From IMG/VR virus record IMGVR_UViG_3300028571_000012: DNA of 64,000 nucleotides; one strand, 5' to 3'. The notes under the pieces are model-generated. The model saw only the letters and a list, made by a program, of their open reading frames with translations. It searched no databases and was not told where the DNA came from. Shown here in pieces: positions 20,832 through 30,763 of this stretch; within the stretch, counting starts at the first letter, position 1; each line of letters begins with the position of its first letter. This DNA is from an uncultured virus (IMG/VR IMGVR_UViG_3300028571_000012). Its lineage: Duplodnaviria > Heunggongvirae > Uroviricota > Caudoviricetes. A program made the translations under genes and the position numbers.

Positions 20832-21467
20832 TCATTTATTTACTGCTGTAAACAAACTTATTATAATATTTTTGTATTTTTCAACATTCATTTCTGAACG
20901 AAGAAAAGGTTTATATTTGGCAATTTTAAAAGATATGTCGGATATTATTCCAAGCGGATCATTGCATTTTTTGCCTATTGTTAAAGTGTATTGAACCAAA
21001 GTATCAAGCACAGCCAACGTGTTTAAACAAATGGCATCTGATTGATATAACTTATATATAACAGGAATTTCCCCTGCACATTGTGGCGCGAATGCATCAT
21101 CAAAATTATCACAATGTTGGCGCAGCACATTCATATCGCTTTTAAAAACATATTGCATTGACTGTATTGATCCAAGGTATTCATCATAAGTATTTCTGGT
21201 CATATTATTTATCCAAGTCTTATTTGCCAAAAGGTTGGATAAAAAATAAAGAATCAAATCATTCTTTTTGGGATATGCTCTTGCCAATTTTTCAAACTCA
21301 TATCGGTTTTTATGAGCCAAAAATGTTTCCTTTTTAAGTCTTGGGCCTTTAAAATTAAATTTAAAGGCATCATAACTTGATCCTTTTTTAAAGTGCAAAC
21401 ACATCGCCGTATAGATGCTCCATACTTCAAAAGGACTGGCGTTTGTTTCTGTGCTTAAGTTTATCAA
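20832..21467 (-). CDS. gp59: helicase loader gp59
   Basis: Y.AM.LHF...YD..KF, FEKLA, KY.PFL; upstream of gp32 as in T4. Confidence 0.85.
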   Translation of the reverse strand: MINLSTETNASPFEVWSIYTAMCLHFKKGSSYDAFKFNFKGPRLKKETFLAHKNRYEFEKLARAYPKKNDLILYFLSNLLANKTWINNMTRNTYDEYLGSIQSMQYVFKSDMNVLRQHCDNFDDAFAPQCAGEIPVIYKLYQSDAICLNTLAVLDTLVQYTLTIGKKCNDPLGIISDISFKIAKYKPFLRSEMNVEKYKNIIISLFTAVNK

Positions 21468-21703
21468 AACAAAGAATAAGATGATTTGGGCAATAAATTA
21501 TTGCGCTGCGCTTCGGCCTCAAGCTTGTCTTTAAGACTTCCTACACAAAGTTTGGAAATATCAACAGGATCAAGAGTATTGGCATCACAGTAATGTATAA
21601 TCGCTTCAACGTATGACATTTCTTTTGCCTTTACCAATTTTTCAATGGCCATGGCAAAATCTTGTTTTGTAATAATATTAAGATTTAAATTTTCTGTTTG
21701 CAT
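21464..21703 (-). CDS. gp33: late transcription co-activator gp33
   Basis: FA..IE.LV....SYVEAII.YC, LKDKLEAEA...NLL. Confidence 0.9.
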   Translation of the reverse strand: MQTENLNLNIITKQDFAMAIEKLVKAKEMSYVEAIIHYCDANTLDPVDISKLCVGSLKDKLEAEAQRNNLLPKSSYSLF

Positions 21704-22929
21704 TAGATTCGGTTTTCGATTACTTTAAGAATTATTGTTTGCGTATTAATTCGACCGTTTACCTTTTTCTTTTTAAGTGTCACGCCATCGAAAATTTTAT
21801 CAAGTTTTTTAGGCGTTGCGCCAAGAATGCCGGCAAGAATATCCTTAGGTTTGCGCAACGTTGTGCCAAAGCTGGATTCAGTATCATACATTTTTACGGT
21901 AGTTCCTTGAACAGCAAACCCAGAAGACCCGGATGCATAATATACATTCAATTGTCTTGTTTTTGTATTAAAAGTGTACAATCTTTGCGATGTAGGAATC
22001 CGCGCAGGATTAATACTGTCAATGTTATATTCGGCACTGTTGGTTTGATATTGAAGTCGCGCCACTTGTTTGTCCGCATTTTTAACTTTTTTAACTCTAG
22101 GTTTGCGTGAGTTGTTTTTAATCTTGGCGTGACTTTGAACATCAAAGATAAAATCCTCGAGAATTTTTACAATTTTGCGCAATGATGGTTTTGACAAATA
22201 TGAATAACCTTCAACAAATTGTGAATCAGTTTTTTTAAGAGCACCATTATATTCTTCATGGTATCTATGAAGCCAATCAAGAATAAATTTGCACCCTTGA
22301 GCAGGAACTTTATTGTCTCGTAGGTAACCAATAAGATCCAATGTAGGAGGTGTTTTGGATGTATCACCCCAATCGTCAAGCAAGGAATCAAGAGGAGCGA
22401 TAATATCTTTTTCAACATTCTTTTTAATACGCTCCAACGGTGACGGAACATAAGCTTTAGGTGCGACTGTTAGAATTTCCTCAGCCGAAACTTGTTTGGC
22501 CTGTTTTAAAGTTTTTAATGCACCATGAATGTAATTATGCACACAACCTTGATCATTTTTTGGAATTGGAGGATTGTCTTCATCGTGAAAAGGAAGTGAA
22601 GCAAAATGTTCAACCGCTCCAGGGTGCATTGAAGGCATACCTCGTTCCAAACATCGCACCAATTTTCCCACAGTGGAAGGAAGAGCATACGGTGGTGCTT
22701 CTTTAATGGATAAGATTTCATCCTTGGTATAACCGTTTTTTTTCATCCATTCAAGAACCATAGGTTTCATTGAAGAAGAATCAAGGTAATAGTTGTAAAA
22801 ATTTAACGCTCTGGATCGCACTTGAAAGAATCGCTGGACGGTCCACTGTTCCCATCCATGCCAATCCGGCTCATCTCCAGTCCATTTGCTGTCTCCAGCA
22901 ATTACTCTTCCAGCTTTAAATACACTCAT
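21703..22929 (-). CDS. conserved T4-like hypothetical protein
   Basis: Probable start MSVFKAG at 22929; FNTKTR.L, TLRKP, NGRIN..ILK C-terminus. Confidence 0.6.
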   Translation of the reverse strand: MSVFKAGRVIAGDSKWTGDEPDWHGWEQWTVQRFFQVRSRALNFYNYYLDSSSMKPMVLEWMKKNGYTKDEILSIKEAPPYALPSTVGKLVRCLERGMPSMHPGAVEHFASLPFHDEDNPPIPKNDQGCVHNYIHGALKTLKQAKQVSAEEILTVAPKAYVPSPLERIKKNVEKDIIAPLDSLLDDWGDTSKTPPTLDLIGYLRDNKVPAQGCKFILDWLHRYHEEYNGALKKTDSQFVEGYSYLSKPSLRKIVKILEDFIFDVQSHAKIKNNSRKPRVKKVKNADKQVARLQYQTNSAEYNIDSINPARIPTSQRLYTFNTKTRQLNVYYASGSSGFAVQGTTVKMYDTESSFGTTLRKPKDILAGILGATPKKLDKIFDGVTLKKKKVNGRINTQTIILKVIENRI

Positions 22930-22933
22930 ATTC

Positions 22934-23215
22934 TTATGCAACAGGTTCAAAACTGATAACATTATCAGCGAGAAAAGACCTCCATCCGTCATTCTCAAGA
23001 TCAAATACTCGAATAACTTTATCGTTTGGAACGACTGTCGATTCTTTTTGTTTTGGATGAAATTCAACTGGAATCAAATCAAGATTTGTTGTACATTCCA
23101 TATTGCGAATTGTGCCGTCAATTTTTGTAAATGAAACATGCACCGGAGTGTACGATTCGTTTAAAATGCTTTTAAGATTTTGTGTTATCATTTGTTGTGT
23201 AATCATATTATACAA
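22934..23215 (-). CDS. small SH3/WYL-like phage protein
   Basis: V.FTK.DG.IR.M.CT, VFDLE..GWRSF. Confidence 0.7.
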   Translation of the reverse strand: MYNMITQQMITQNLKSILNESYTPVHVSFTKIDGTIRNMECTTNLDLIPVEFHPKQKESTVVPNDKVIRVFDLENDGWRSFLADNVISFEPVA

Positions 23216-23241
23216 TAATTTTTCGCTTTTGTAAACAAGTT

Positions 23242-23826
23242 TTAAAGGTTTCTTTCAATAATACTTGCGTTTTTTGGATTTTTGCGATGTTTGGCAAAAT
23301 GCTCAACTCCAAATCCATCAAGATACATAAGAGCCAAACGGATCCATTCGCCATGTGATACAATTACAACATCATTGGTGGAACTATTTTGTTGTCTGAT
23401 GCAACGCAGATGAGTAAAAAATGAGTATACCCGCAAGTGTGCATCTGCATAACTTTCACCTTTATCAGGACGATAGTAAAAATTAAAATGAGCTTCCTTT
23501 TTAAGGTGGCGATTGTCCACAATATCGCGTAAACTTCCCCAGTCACGTTCGCGCAACAATGGGTTTTCCTGCAATGATACAACATTACCATTGCTGGATA
23601 AAGCGTCAAAGACATATGCAGACGTTTGACGCGCCCGAACATAAGAACTTGTATAAATTTCAACAGCGTTGGCGCATACTAAACTTACCAACAAATCCGA
23701 ACATTCTTGTGCTTGAGCTCGGCCGTGTTCGGTAATGCAAATTTCACTATCGTGTTTTTCATAATACACGCTTTTGTCAACATTGCCTTCACTTTCGGCG
23801 TGACGAATAAGAAATATTTTACTCAT
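23242..23826 (-). CDS. histidine phosphatase (phosphoglycerate mutase family)
   Basis: LIRHAES.GN, RARQT, LRERDWG, GES, VSHG. Confidence 0.9.
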   Translation of the reverse strand: MSKIFLIRHAESEGNVDKSVYYEKHDSEICITEHGRAQAQECSDLLVSLVCANAVEIYTSSYVRARQTSAYVFDALSSNGNVVSLQENPLLRERDWGSLRDIVDNRHLKKEAHFNFYYRPDKGESYADAHLRVYSFFTHLRCIRQQNSSTNDVVIVSHGEWIRLALMYLDGFGVEHFAKHRKNPKNASIIERNL

Positions 23827-24275
23827 TTTGTTTTGTTACGTTGTTTAAGCAATTCTGCAACTTGAGCATCATGCTTTTTTGATTGTGAAAGAATAGAGTG
23901 TGTTAAAATGATTGATACAACCGCAATTGTAAAAACAACTCCTATAAAAATAAATGGTAACGTTGACATATTAGAATGATTGTTTCATTGAAGGATCATA
24001 TTGTGTTTCGCGCATTTTGTAGTATGTACGTTCCAAAGTTTTGGAAGATGATGGAGCGACAACGATCCATCCATCTTTTTGGCGTGTCATGCTCCATGCA
24101 GCTCCTAATCCAAAGCGACCGCGTTTCATAAAGACACCAAGAGCTTCTCGTGCATTGCGTCCTCGGACAATCACTTCCTCACCTGCATTATTTAGAATAG
24201 TGTAATCCTTGTCCTTTTTCATAATCAATTTATTTGTACTCATAATTTTAGATGTTTTCATAATATTGTATAATG

Positions 24276-24710
24276 TTAAGCTACTGCCCAGGTTCCACGG
24301 ATGAATTGCAATTCACCTGGGATGCAAAGAGTGGCTTCGTGCGCGTCCACTTCGGCCTGCCAAGCATCCTCAATCTTTTGTTGAGCAGCATATTTTTCTT
24401 CCATTTCGGCTTGCCATTCGGCAGTATCGTTAAGACTGGCAATGGTTTCCTCAAGATCCGCGACAGTCATGGACTTGAAGTCCATGAAGCGAGGGCGGAC
24501 TCCATGCACGCTTTTGTACAGGTCCCACACGGTTGATTCAAGTTCGTTGCGTTGAAAGTCTTCCACCGTAAAAACACCAATCTCATTCCAATAGGACAGA
24601 TCCTCAGTGTAGGTGAATGCGGCGCGGTATTTATCCGAATCCTCAGCAACCCAGGCAAGAGTTACTGCATTGAGTGAGGCGAGGTGGGCTGATAGAGTGG
24701 TGTTGGTCAT
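24276..24710 (-). CDS. early hypothetical protein
   Basis: ORF directly behind the repeated early promoter cassette; DLYKSVHGVRPR motif. Confidence 0.6.
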   Translation of the reverse strand: MTNTTLSAHLASLNAVTLAWVAEDSDKYRAAFTYTEDLSYWNEIGVFTVEDFQRNELESTVWDLYKSVHGVRPRFMDFKSMTVADLEETIASLNDTAEWQAEMEEKYAAQQKIEDAWQAEVDAHEATLCIPGELQFIRGTWAVA

Positions 24711-24783
24711 GGTGTGGTGTTTCCTTACGTGACTATTCTACCATACTTTGCCGCGTTTGTAAACAACTTTTTTCAACAAAATG
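24708..24783 (-). promoter_or_regulatory. early promoter/leader cassette (repeat copy)
   Basis: GTTTACA-17-TAGAAT then GTAAGGAAACACCAC..ATG. Confidence 0.8.
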
Positions 24784-24993
24784 AAAATATTTCAGATTCT
24801 ATAGCCTGTATACAAACTTAGCGGAAAAATTTGGCGGCAACCCACAAAGATGCTTCACATTCCGGACATTGTACAACATATGCGTCTCCATCTCGCTGAT
24901 CATTCACATATTTTGCTTCAGATGCTTCAAACACAAACATGCAAATCTCGGTACGTATCTTAGGTTTGCCATTTTTCCCTGATACTAATATTT

Positions 24994-25602
24994 TCATAAT
25001 GTGCACAAATTCTCGTGTAAGTATCGGAATAGTCCGACCGTTTGTCGAATGTCATATTGCGCATCATGAGCTCGCGATTCATCCCATCCAACTTCAGAGC
25101 ATTGACATAATGTTCCCAATTTAAAGTTGGGAAATGCTCCACGCACACGTTGAGTAAACCAAGCGGCCGCGAGCATTACACAAATCGGCGGATTCCAAAA
25201 CCATGAACCAAAATATGCATCATTATGTTTTGCGAAAAATTCACGCATAAAGTCGCCGTCAAAAGATGCATTGTATGCAACAAAATGCATTTTATCTTTT
25301 TTGTCAAATTTATTGACATGGCGTGACAATATTTTAATAAGCTCTTGATATGCTTCGTGTGACTTCATAGGCAATGCAATCAAATCGTCAATTGTCATTC
25401 CTGTGGCATCCAGCGCACCTTGCTCAGTATGTTCCAAACTGTGCGGTTTAAACTTAAGGTCAAAGCTTTCAATTTCCTTAAGGTTGGAATCAAGAACGAC
25501 TCCGCTAATTTGGAAAATATTATGCAGCTTGCGGTCAAGACCTGTAGTTTCAACATCAATAAAACAATATTTGTAGCCGTGGTATTTTATATCCTCACTC
25601 AT
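24994..25602 (-). CDS. DEDDh 3'-5' exonuclease
   Basis: IDVETTGLD, AYNASFD, AHDAQYDI. Confidence 0.9.
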   Translation of the reverse strand: MSEDIKYHGYKYCFIDVETTGLDRKLHNIFQISGVVLDSNLKEIESFDLKFKPHSLEHTEQGALDATGMTIDDLIALPMKSHEAYQELIKILSRHVNKFDKKDKMHFVAYNASFDGDFMREFFAKHNDAYFGSWFWNPPICVMLAAAWFTQRVRGAFPNFKLGTLCQCSEVGWDESRAHDAQYDIRQTVGLFRYLHENLCTL

Positions 25603-25816
25603 AATTTTCTAAATATTGGACCAGAGAACTTATGGTGCGAATTTTATCAGAATCATCATCTCCGATTTCAATATCAAATTCGTCTTCAATCTTAAGAAAT
25701 ATTTCCACCATATCAAGCGAATCTAATCCTAGATTTGCAAATGTTTGATCAGAGGAAATTTCTGAACTATCAATAATAAGATAGTCCGATATAATCCTTT
25801 TAATCTTTTCTTCCAT
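25595..25816 (-). CDS. acpP: acyl carrier protein
   Basis: Start MEEKIK at 25816; LGLDSLDMVE..IEDEFDIEI.D...KI.T with phosphopantetheine Ser. Confidence 0.9.
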   Translation of the reverse strand: MEEKIKRIISDYLIIDSSEISSDQTFANLGLDSLDMVEIFLKIEDEFDIEIGDDDSDKIRTISSLVQYLENYE

Positions 25817-25832
25817 GAAAACCTCAAAACTT

Positions 25833-26243
25833 TCATTCAAACATTTGTTCTGCTTTTTCCCGTGCTTCTTCCGTTTCGGCACAATATACAACCTCCCAGT
25901 CCGCGGAAGCTTCAAGCATTTTTTGATATTTTTCCTCCTTGGTAAGAGGTTTTTGCTTACCTTTGGTTGCCACTTTCTTTGCGGCAAGTTGTTTTGGCGC
26001 GGCACATGTTTCGGTCTTAAACTCACTTAACAGTTTAAGAGCAACCAAATCATATTTGCCATAGCCAACTTTAAGAGCATCTGTCATAAAAGTTTCCTGA
26101 ATTTCTCGGAATTTCATTCCAGCGGCACGCCCGGCATTGTAAATTACCGTAGTTCCAAATACAATTCCACCTGCTTTAGGTTTACCATCGCCACCGGCAA
26201 GTAGCATTTCCAATGTCTTTTGTGCTTTATCGTTTAGTTTCAT
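25833..26243 (-). CDS. hypothetical protein
   Basis: ORF with likely start MKLNDK at 26243. Confidence 0.5.
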   Translation of the reverse strand: MKLNDKAQKTLEMLLAGGDGKPKAGGIVFGTTVIYNAGRAAGMKFREIQETFMTDALKVGYGKYDLVALKLLSEFKTETCAAPKQLAAKKVATKGKQKPLTKEEKYQKMLEASADWEVVYCAETEEAREKAEQMFE

Positions 26244-26460
26244 AATATACGTTTTGTTGTTTTGTTTGTTTTTGTTGTAATAATCAGAGCAGATTTTTTT
26301 CCACATAATCACTCACGGTCGGAATGCTCTCGCGATACCGTTGCAAGTCTACAATAATGTCATTCAGGTTTTCGCGATTGTGTGCGCATGGGCAGTTCAA
26401 GTTACCGTTGACAAGAGTCAATATTCGAGCGGCGATTTCTTCGTGAGTCGGGTAGTTGTT

Positions 26461-26535
26461 CATGTTGTGGTGTTTCCTTACAGGACTATTCTACCATAAA
26501 AATCAGCAGTTGTAAACAACTTTTTTCAACAAAAT
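26461..26535 (-). promoter_or_regulatory. early promoter/leader cassette (repeat copy)
   Basis: TTTACA 26516-26511, TAGAAT 26493-26488, leader CCTGTAAGGAAACACCACAACATG. Confidence 0.8.
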
Positions 26536-26604
26536 GCACTTTTTTTCGGCTTTAGACAGAAATTGGCGCCAAAATTGCTGGATGACGCACATAATTCGCA
26601 AATC

Positions 26605-27510
26605 TCACGCCTTTTTCTTTTTTGTCACCTTTGTCTTTTTAGGCTTATCATTAATACCGACCCAAGACGGTCTTTCAACAAGTTTCATGCCATAAGTATT
26701 AACACCGGTAGGAATTTCAATGTCGGTTCTTTTAATAAGCTTATTGTGTACCAATGTGCCATAGTCAACATGGTGATGCCAACGTCCGTAGCGCCAAACA
26801 ATTTTTGCATGTTCGGGATGCATATTGACAAGCAGCTGAGATTTATCCAATGTTCCTTTGCCGTTTTCCGCTTTTCCTTTACCGTATAGTTCTTCGGTAT
26901 TACCACCTTTGACTGTTTGCGTTGCCATTTTCATTTGCAGAAACGCATTAAACAATATTGTGCATTGCCCTGCTTTAAGCACTTGAAGTGAAAGATCAAC
27001 GTCCTCATTGTATTTGCCTCTCCATCGAAACGGAGCATCATTTTCAATAAGCATGCAGGAAAAGATTCTTCGGTTTACAGCAAATGCAGGATATTTAAAA
27101 CCATCAACACAAAAGAATGTGTATTGTAATCCTGCCAATGGCACATTTTCATACCGATCAACAAAATCTTCCATCACTTTAAACATGGTTCCACTTTCGG
27201 CTATAATTCTGCGACCTTTGTGCAATCTGTAAAACCGGTTAATGTTATCGTCCATTAACCAATGGCGCTTAAAGCCTAAGCTTTTGGCATGTTCCCAACA
27301 CCAGTTGCGAGCAGGTCCAGAACCTAGTCCATGGTTGCTAAACGGAAGAACCAAAATTTTCTTAGGATCAATTACAGCAGCATATGCTTCATATTCCTGC
27401 GGTTCAATGACAATGCTGTATGGCACTTTCATATGTTCAAGCGACCTACTTGTCACTCGACTATCAGCACGACCTTTGGAAATAATATAGACAGGATATT
27501 GTGGGTTCAT
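26605..27510 (-). CDS. GT-A glycosyltransferase, TET-associated/GREB1-like family
   Basis: YPVYIISKGR, VIEPQE, ARNWCWEH, W.MDDNI, YNEDVDLSL, GGNTEELY, RWHHHVDY. Confidence 0.8.
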   Translation of the reverse strand: MNPQYPVYIISKGRADSRVTSRSLEHMKVPYSIVIEPQEYEAYAAVIDPKKILVLPFSNHGLGSGPARNWCWEHAKSLGFKRHWLMDDNINRFYRLHKGRRIIAESGTMFKVMEDFVDRYENVPLAGLQYTFFCVDGFKYPAFAVNRRIFSCMLIENDAPFRWRGKYNEDVDLSLQVLKAGQCTILFNAFLQMKMATQTVKGGNTEELYGKGKAENGKGTLDKSQLLVNMHPEHAKIVWRYGRWHHHVDYGTLVHNKLIKRTDIEIPTGVNTYGMKLVERPSWVGINDKPKKTKVTKKKKA

Positions 27511-27514
27511 AACT

Positions 27515-27856
27515 TTACGGTAGTTGATCTTCTTGCTCCCCATCAATCCATCGCAGCAATGAATTTTTGCCGCGCACTTGTGCAGGATGCCAAATGCTCT
27601 TTGTTTTAAGAGTCATATTTGGTTGTCCAATAAGATTGCAAAACTCAAGATAATCTTCTTCATTGTTAAAATGAACGCGAATACTTTTATAGACATATTC
27701 ACCTTCTTCATATTCGGGCATTCCTGTCCATTCTTTTTTCCACAAGTCAATTTCATCAATTTGATCCGGTTCTTCCATAAAACCGCCAAGTGTTGATGGT
27801 GAAAGATCTACTTTTTTTCGATCCAATCCGTGTTCGTAGTCAACTGCGTTTCTCAT
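27515..27856 (-). CDS. small partner protein upstream of the glycosyltransferase
   Basis: W.GMPEY, V.F.NEED..F..LIGQ..T.KTKSIWHP. Confidence 0.6.
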   Translation of the reverse strand: MRNAVDYEHGLDRKKVDLSPSTLGGFMEEPDQIDEIDLWKKEWTGMPEYEEGEYVYKSIRVHFNNEEDYLEFCNLIGQPNMTLKTKSIWHPAQVRGKNSLLRWIDGEQEDQLP

Positions 27857-28306
27857 ATATGTTATATAGTATTTTGTTATAACCTTCTTTAATGTATGTT
27901 TTAAATATCATAAGTTTATTTATTGTTAACTTAATGCGCCATCGCCTATTAGTATGTCAAAAATATTAGACAAGGCCAGCGCGTCAAAATCTTTCAGCTC
28001 TTTTTTTACAATATTAGGACCGACAATGTTGTCGACTATTGAGTGCATTGTAAAATTGCTTAAAACAATCATTGAATCATCCGATTGGTATGATATGTTT
28101 ATAAGAAACAATGTATCATCAATAGTTTTAAAATGTCGGTGAACGTGCACGATTAAAACCAAATTGTGATCAATTTTACGAGCGCTGTAATCATTCCGGC
28201 AAGAATGGTCAGAGAAAATAACAATAGTAGTATTGAAGGCAAAAACACAATGACACCTACAATAATATCACCAATTTTCATTTCAGATTGTTCGTTTGAC
28301 ATACTT

Positions 28307-28696
28307 TTAAAATGTAAGAAGTTGAAGCTTCCTGGTGTCATTGGTCCAATAGTACCATGCACCGTCCTTAAAAATGTAGTTATACTCTTGACTGTCAATC
28401 TCATGAATTGAAACGGATCGGTCAATGTGTAGTGCTTCACCGCGGTCACGATGATATGCTACAACCACATCTGTTTGCTTATGATCAAAGCTGTGACGTG
28501 CATCTGGATCAGGCGTCATATTTTTATCAAGACTGGAAAGATCTCCAAGGTCAATTAGTGCATTGGCCTTTTCTTCAGTATTGTAATATGTATGCAGCAT
28601 TGCGCCGACGTGACTTAGGTAACCATCATAATGACAATAAATGGTGCGGATGGCATCTTCCGATGTTTGAATTGAGATTGTTGAACGTGTGTGCAT
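28307..28696 (-). CDS. conserved phage hypothetical protein (YCHxDGY family)
   Basis: TRS.I, IYCHYDGY...G..L, AYHRDRGE, EYNYIF; follows promoter cassette. Confidence 0.65.
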   Translation of the reverse strand: MHTRSTISIQTSEDAIRTIYCHYDGYLSHVGAMLHTYYNTEEKANALIDLGDLSSLDKNMTPDPDARHSFDHKQTDVVVAYHRDRGEALHIDRSVSIHEIDSQEYNYIFKDGAWYYWTNDTRKLQLLTF

Positions 28697-29318
28697 AATG
28701 TTGTGGTATTTCCTTACAAAGATATTCTACCATATTCTATGGCAGCTGTAAACATCTTTTTTCAATTATTTGTCGTTAGCAAAGGTCCAAAGTGTTTGAA
28801 TGTGCCATTTTTCCCAAACAATTGCATCATTTTCTTCATCAGTTCCTACATAAAGAACCGTTTTAAGAAGCCGAGCAGGACGCGTTCCAGTACCAGGACG
28901 CCGAAACGGCCCTTCAGTTTCACCGCAATAAAGCGTATGAGTTGCGCCTCTGTCGGCGGACCAAATGCATGGTGCACCTGTATAGACATCGTGAGTTTTT
29001 CCGTAGGTCTTTTCACGGACTCCAAAAATAGGAGTCTTACGAGAACGGAGTGAATCTTCCAAAGGGTAGGCGGTCATTACGGTACTATTCTACCATACTT
29101 TACCGCGGTTGTAAACAAAATTTTAAGGTTTTTTACGGTTGGAAATTACCATCCAATCCTACCATAGAAGGAATCATACACACATTTGTCATCCCTTCGG
29201 GAACCTTCGGTACTTTTAATGTTTGTTTTATAACAAAACAAGGTCAAGCCATTATGGCGCCTTTAAGACCTTAATATTATTATATCAAATTTCAAAAGTA
29301 TGTAAACAACAAAATGTA

Positions 29319-29552
29319 TTATTGTTCACCTTTTCTTAATTTCAAAAGATCACCTTTTATTAATTTATCCATTGTATCATATATGTCCTTCAATTGAAGT
29401 ACAAGTTCTTGATTGAGATCCTTATCCAAAATAAAAGGATCCAAAACTTTATCTTGAAAGTTTTTAAGAACGTCATTTATGTCTTGATAAGATACACCTT
29501 CCTTAAGACTTTGAGATTGATACATTTTTCGATATTGTGATGTTATAGACAT
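29319..29552 (-). CDS. small late protein, possible internal head protein
   Basis: TATAAATA at 29559-29566; N-terminus ends in LKE. Confidence 0.5.
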   Translation of the reverse strand: MSITSQYRKMYQSQSLKEGVSYQDINDVLKNFQDKVLDPFILDKDLNQELVLQLKDIYDTMDKLIKGDLLKLRKGEQ

Positions 29553-29584
29553 AATGTTTATTTATATTGTAGAAGTATTAAACA

Positions 29585-29617
29585 AAAAACCAAGAGGATA
29601 AAGTACCTCTTGGTTTT
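29585..29617 (-). terminator. intrinsic terminator after lysis cassette
   Basis: AAAACCAAGAGG/CCTCTTGGTTTT stem. Confidence 0.75.
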
Positions 29618-29638
29618 AAGTTTGTAGAATTTTGATAA

Positions 29639-29878
29639 TTATTTGTATGAACCAATAATTATTGCTCTACGATAGCTGTAATCGTTGTGGTATTTTTCTC
29701 CATCGCGACCAATTAACACTCCTTCTTTAAATTGGTACGATATACCTTCAACTAATGTTACTGTTTCCGGAGTGTAAAGATTTGAGCCGTTCGCTCTTTC
29801 GTTTGATTCTTTTGGCCAACCGTTCAATCCGCAATTTGCTAGCAGGACTGCCATCAGCAGCGAGAGCATCAATTTCAT
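29639..29878 (-). CDS. lipoprotein, o-spanin (Rz1)-like
   Basis: MKLMLSLLMAVLLANC signal with lipobox Cys; overlaps upstream gene in another frame. Confidence 0.55.
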   Translation of the reverse strand: MKLMLSLLMAVLLANCGLNGWPKESNERANGSNLYTPETVTLVEGISYQFKEGVLIGRDGEKYHNDYSYRRAIIIGSYK

Positions 29879-29981
29879 CTTCAATTTTGTCGATTTCATT
29901 TTCTCTTTTGCTTTTAAGATAAGCACCATACTGTACAGCAAGTTCGGTTATGGCAACCAAAAACAAACTTAGCGTGTTCAT
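29748..29981 (-). CDS. i-spanin (Rz)-like protein
   Basis: Hydrophobic N-terminus then charged coiled coil; overlaps lipoprotein gene. Confidence 0.45.
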   Translation of the reverse strand: MNTLSLFLVAITELAVQYGAYLKSKRENEIDKIEDEIDALAADGSPASKLRIERLAKRIKRKSERLKSLHSGNSNIS

Positions 29982-30172
29982 TTTTTCGTACCATCATCCT
30001 TTGCATTACCAATATTAAGAGCGAGAAAATCAATGACGGTGTACAATTTGGCAAGAACAGTTCCAGGTTTTGGTGTAGGTGTCGCAGCTGCAATTGCACT
30101 TGCAAGAGCAATAGCTGCAGTTACAATACCAAACCATGATTGTTCAGAAATAAAATTAAGTAGTATGTCCAT
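29978..30172 (-). CDS. holin-like membrane protein
   Basis: TM segment, ATPTP motif, FLALN; late promoter at 30221-30228. Confidence 0.5.
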   Translation of the reverse strand: MDILLNFISEQSWFGIVTAAIALASAIAAATPTPKPGTVLAKLYTVIDFLALNIGNAKDDGTKK

Positions 30173-30240
30173 ATATTTGTGTTGTTGTTGTTACTGATAC
30201 CGACATGGCATCATCAATGGTATTTATACAAAAATCAAAT

Positions 30241-30759
30241 TTACAAATTAATTATTCTTTTTACTTCTTCCAAGTTTAGAAACATAGTACCATATTTTGG
30301 ATAAACAACGTCTACGCAGGTATTAATGTATTTACGGTCAGGACGCTTCCATGGACCGTAACCTTTCATTATGCTTTTGTTGTGCACATGGCCATGAATG
30401 TTACATTTGCGACCACGCATTTCATCCGGATGTATTGGGCAGTGCGTCAGCCACATTCCTTTGTATTTAAGCATTCCATGAATTTCTTCAAATACTGCGG
30501 CTTGATCCACCGTTGATACCATGTTATCATGGTTACCTTTAATAAGAATCTTTCGGGCACGCAGGTTACCAATCAAATCCAATGATTCTTTATCAAATGC
30601 AGCATCACCCATAAAGTAAACAATGTCATTTTTCCTAATGGTTTTATGCCAACTGTCAAGAAACAATTGTGTGTTGTGCTCTGTTGAAGTTACAAAAGGT
30701 CGAAACTTTGCAATGTTGCGGTGTCCTAGGTGCGGGTCTCCGATGAAATATACGCTCAT
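30241..30759 (-). CDS. calcineurin-like metallophosphoesterase
   Basis: D.HLGH, GD, GNHD, H.P, HGHVH. Confidence 0.9.
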   Translation of the reverse strand: MSVYFIGDPHLGHRNIAKFRPFVTSTEHNTQLFLDSWHKTIRKNDIVYFMGDAAFDKESLDLIGNLRARKILIKGNHDNMVSTVDQAAVFEEIHGMLKYKGMWLTHCPIHPDEMRGRKCNIHGHVHNKSIMKGYGPWKRPDRKYINTCVDVVYPKYGTMFLNLEEVKRIINL

Positions 30760-30763
30760 ATCT

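Noticed and set aside
22930..23067. N-terminal extension of ORF 21703-23067
   Set aside because: Overlaps the neighbouring gene; MSVFKAG at 22929 is the plausible start
25817..26026. N-terminal extension of the ACP ORF
   Set aside because: Overlaps the upstream gene in another frame; ACP homology begins at MEEKIK
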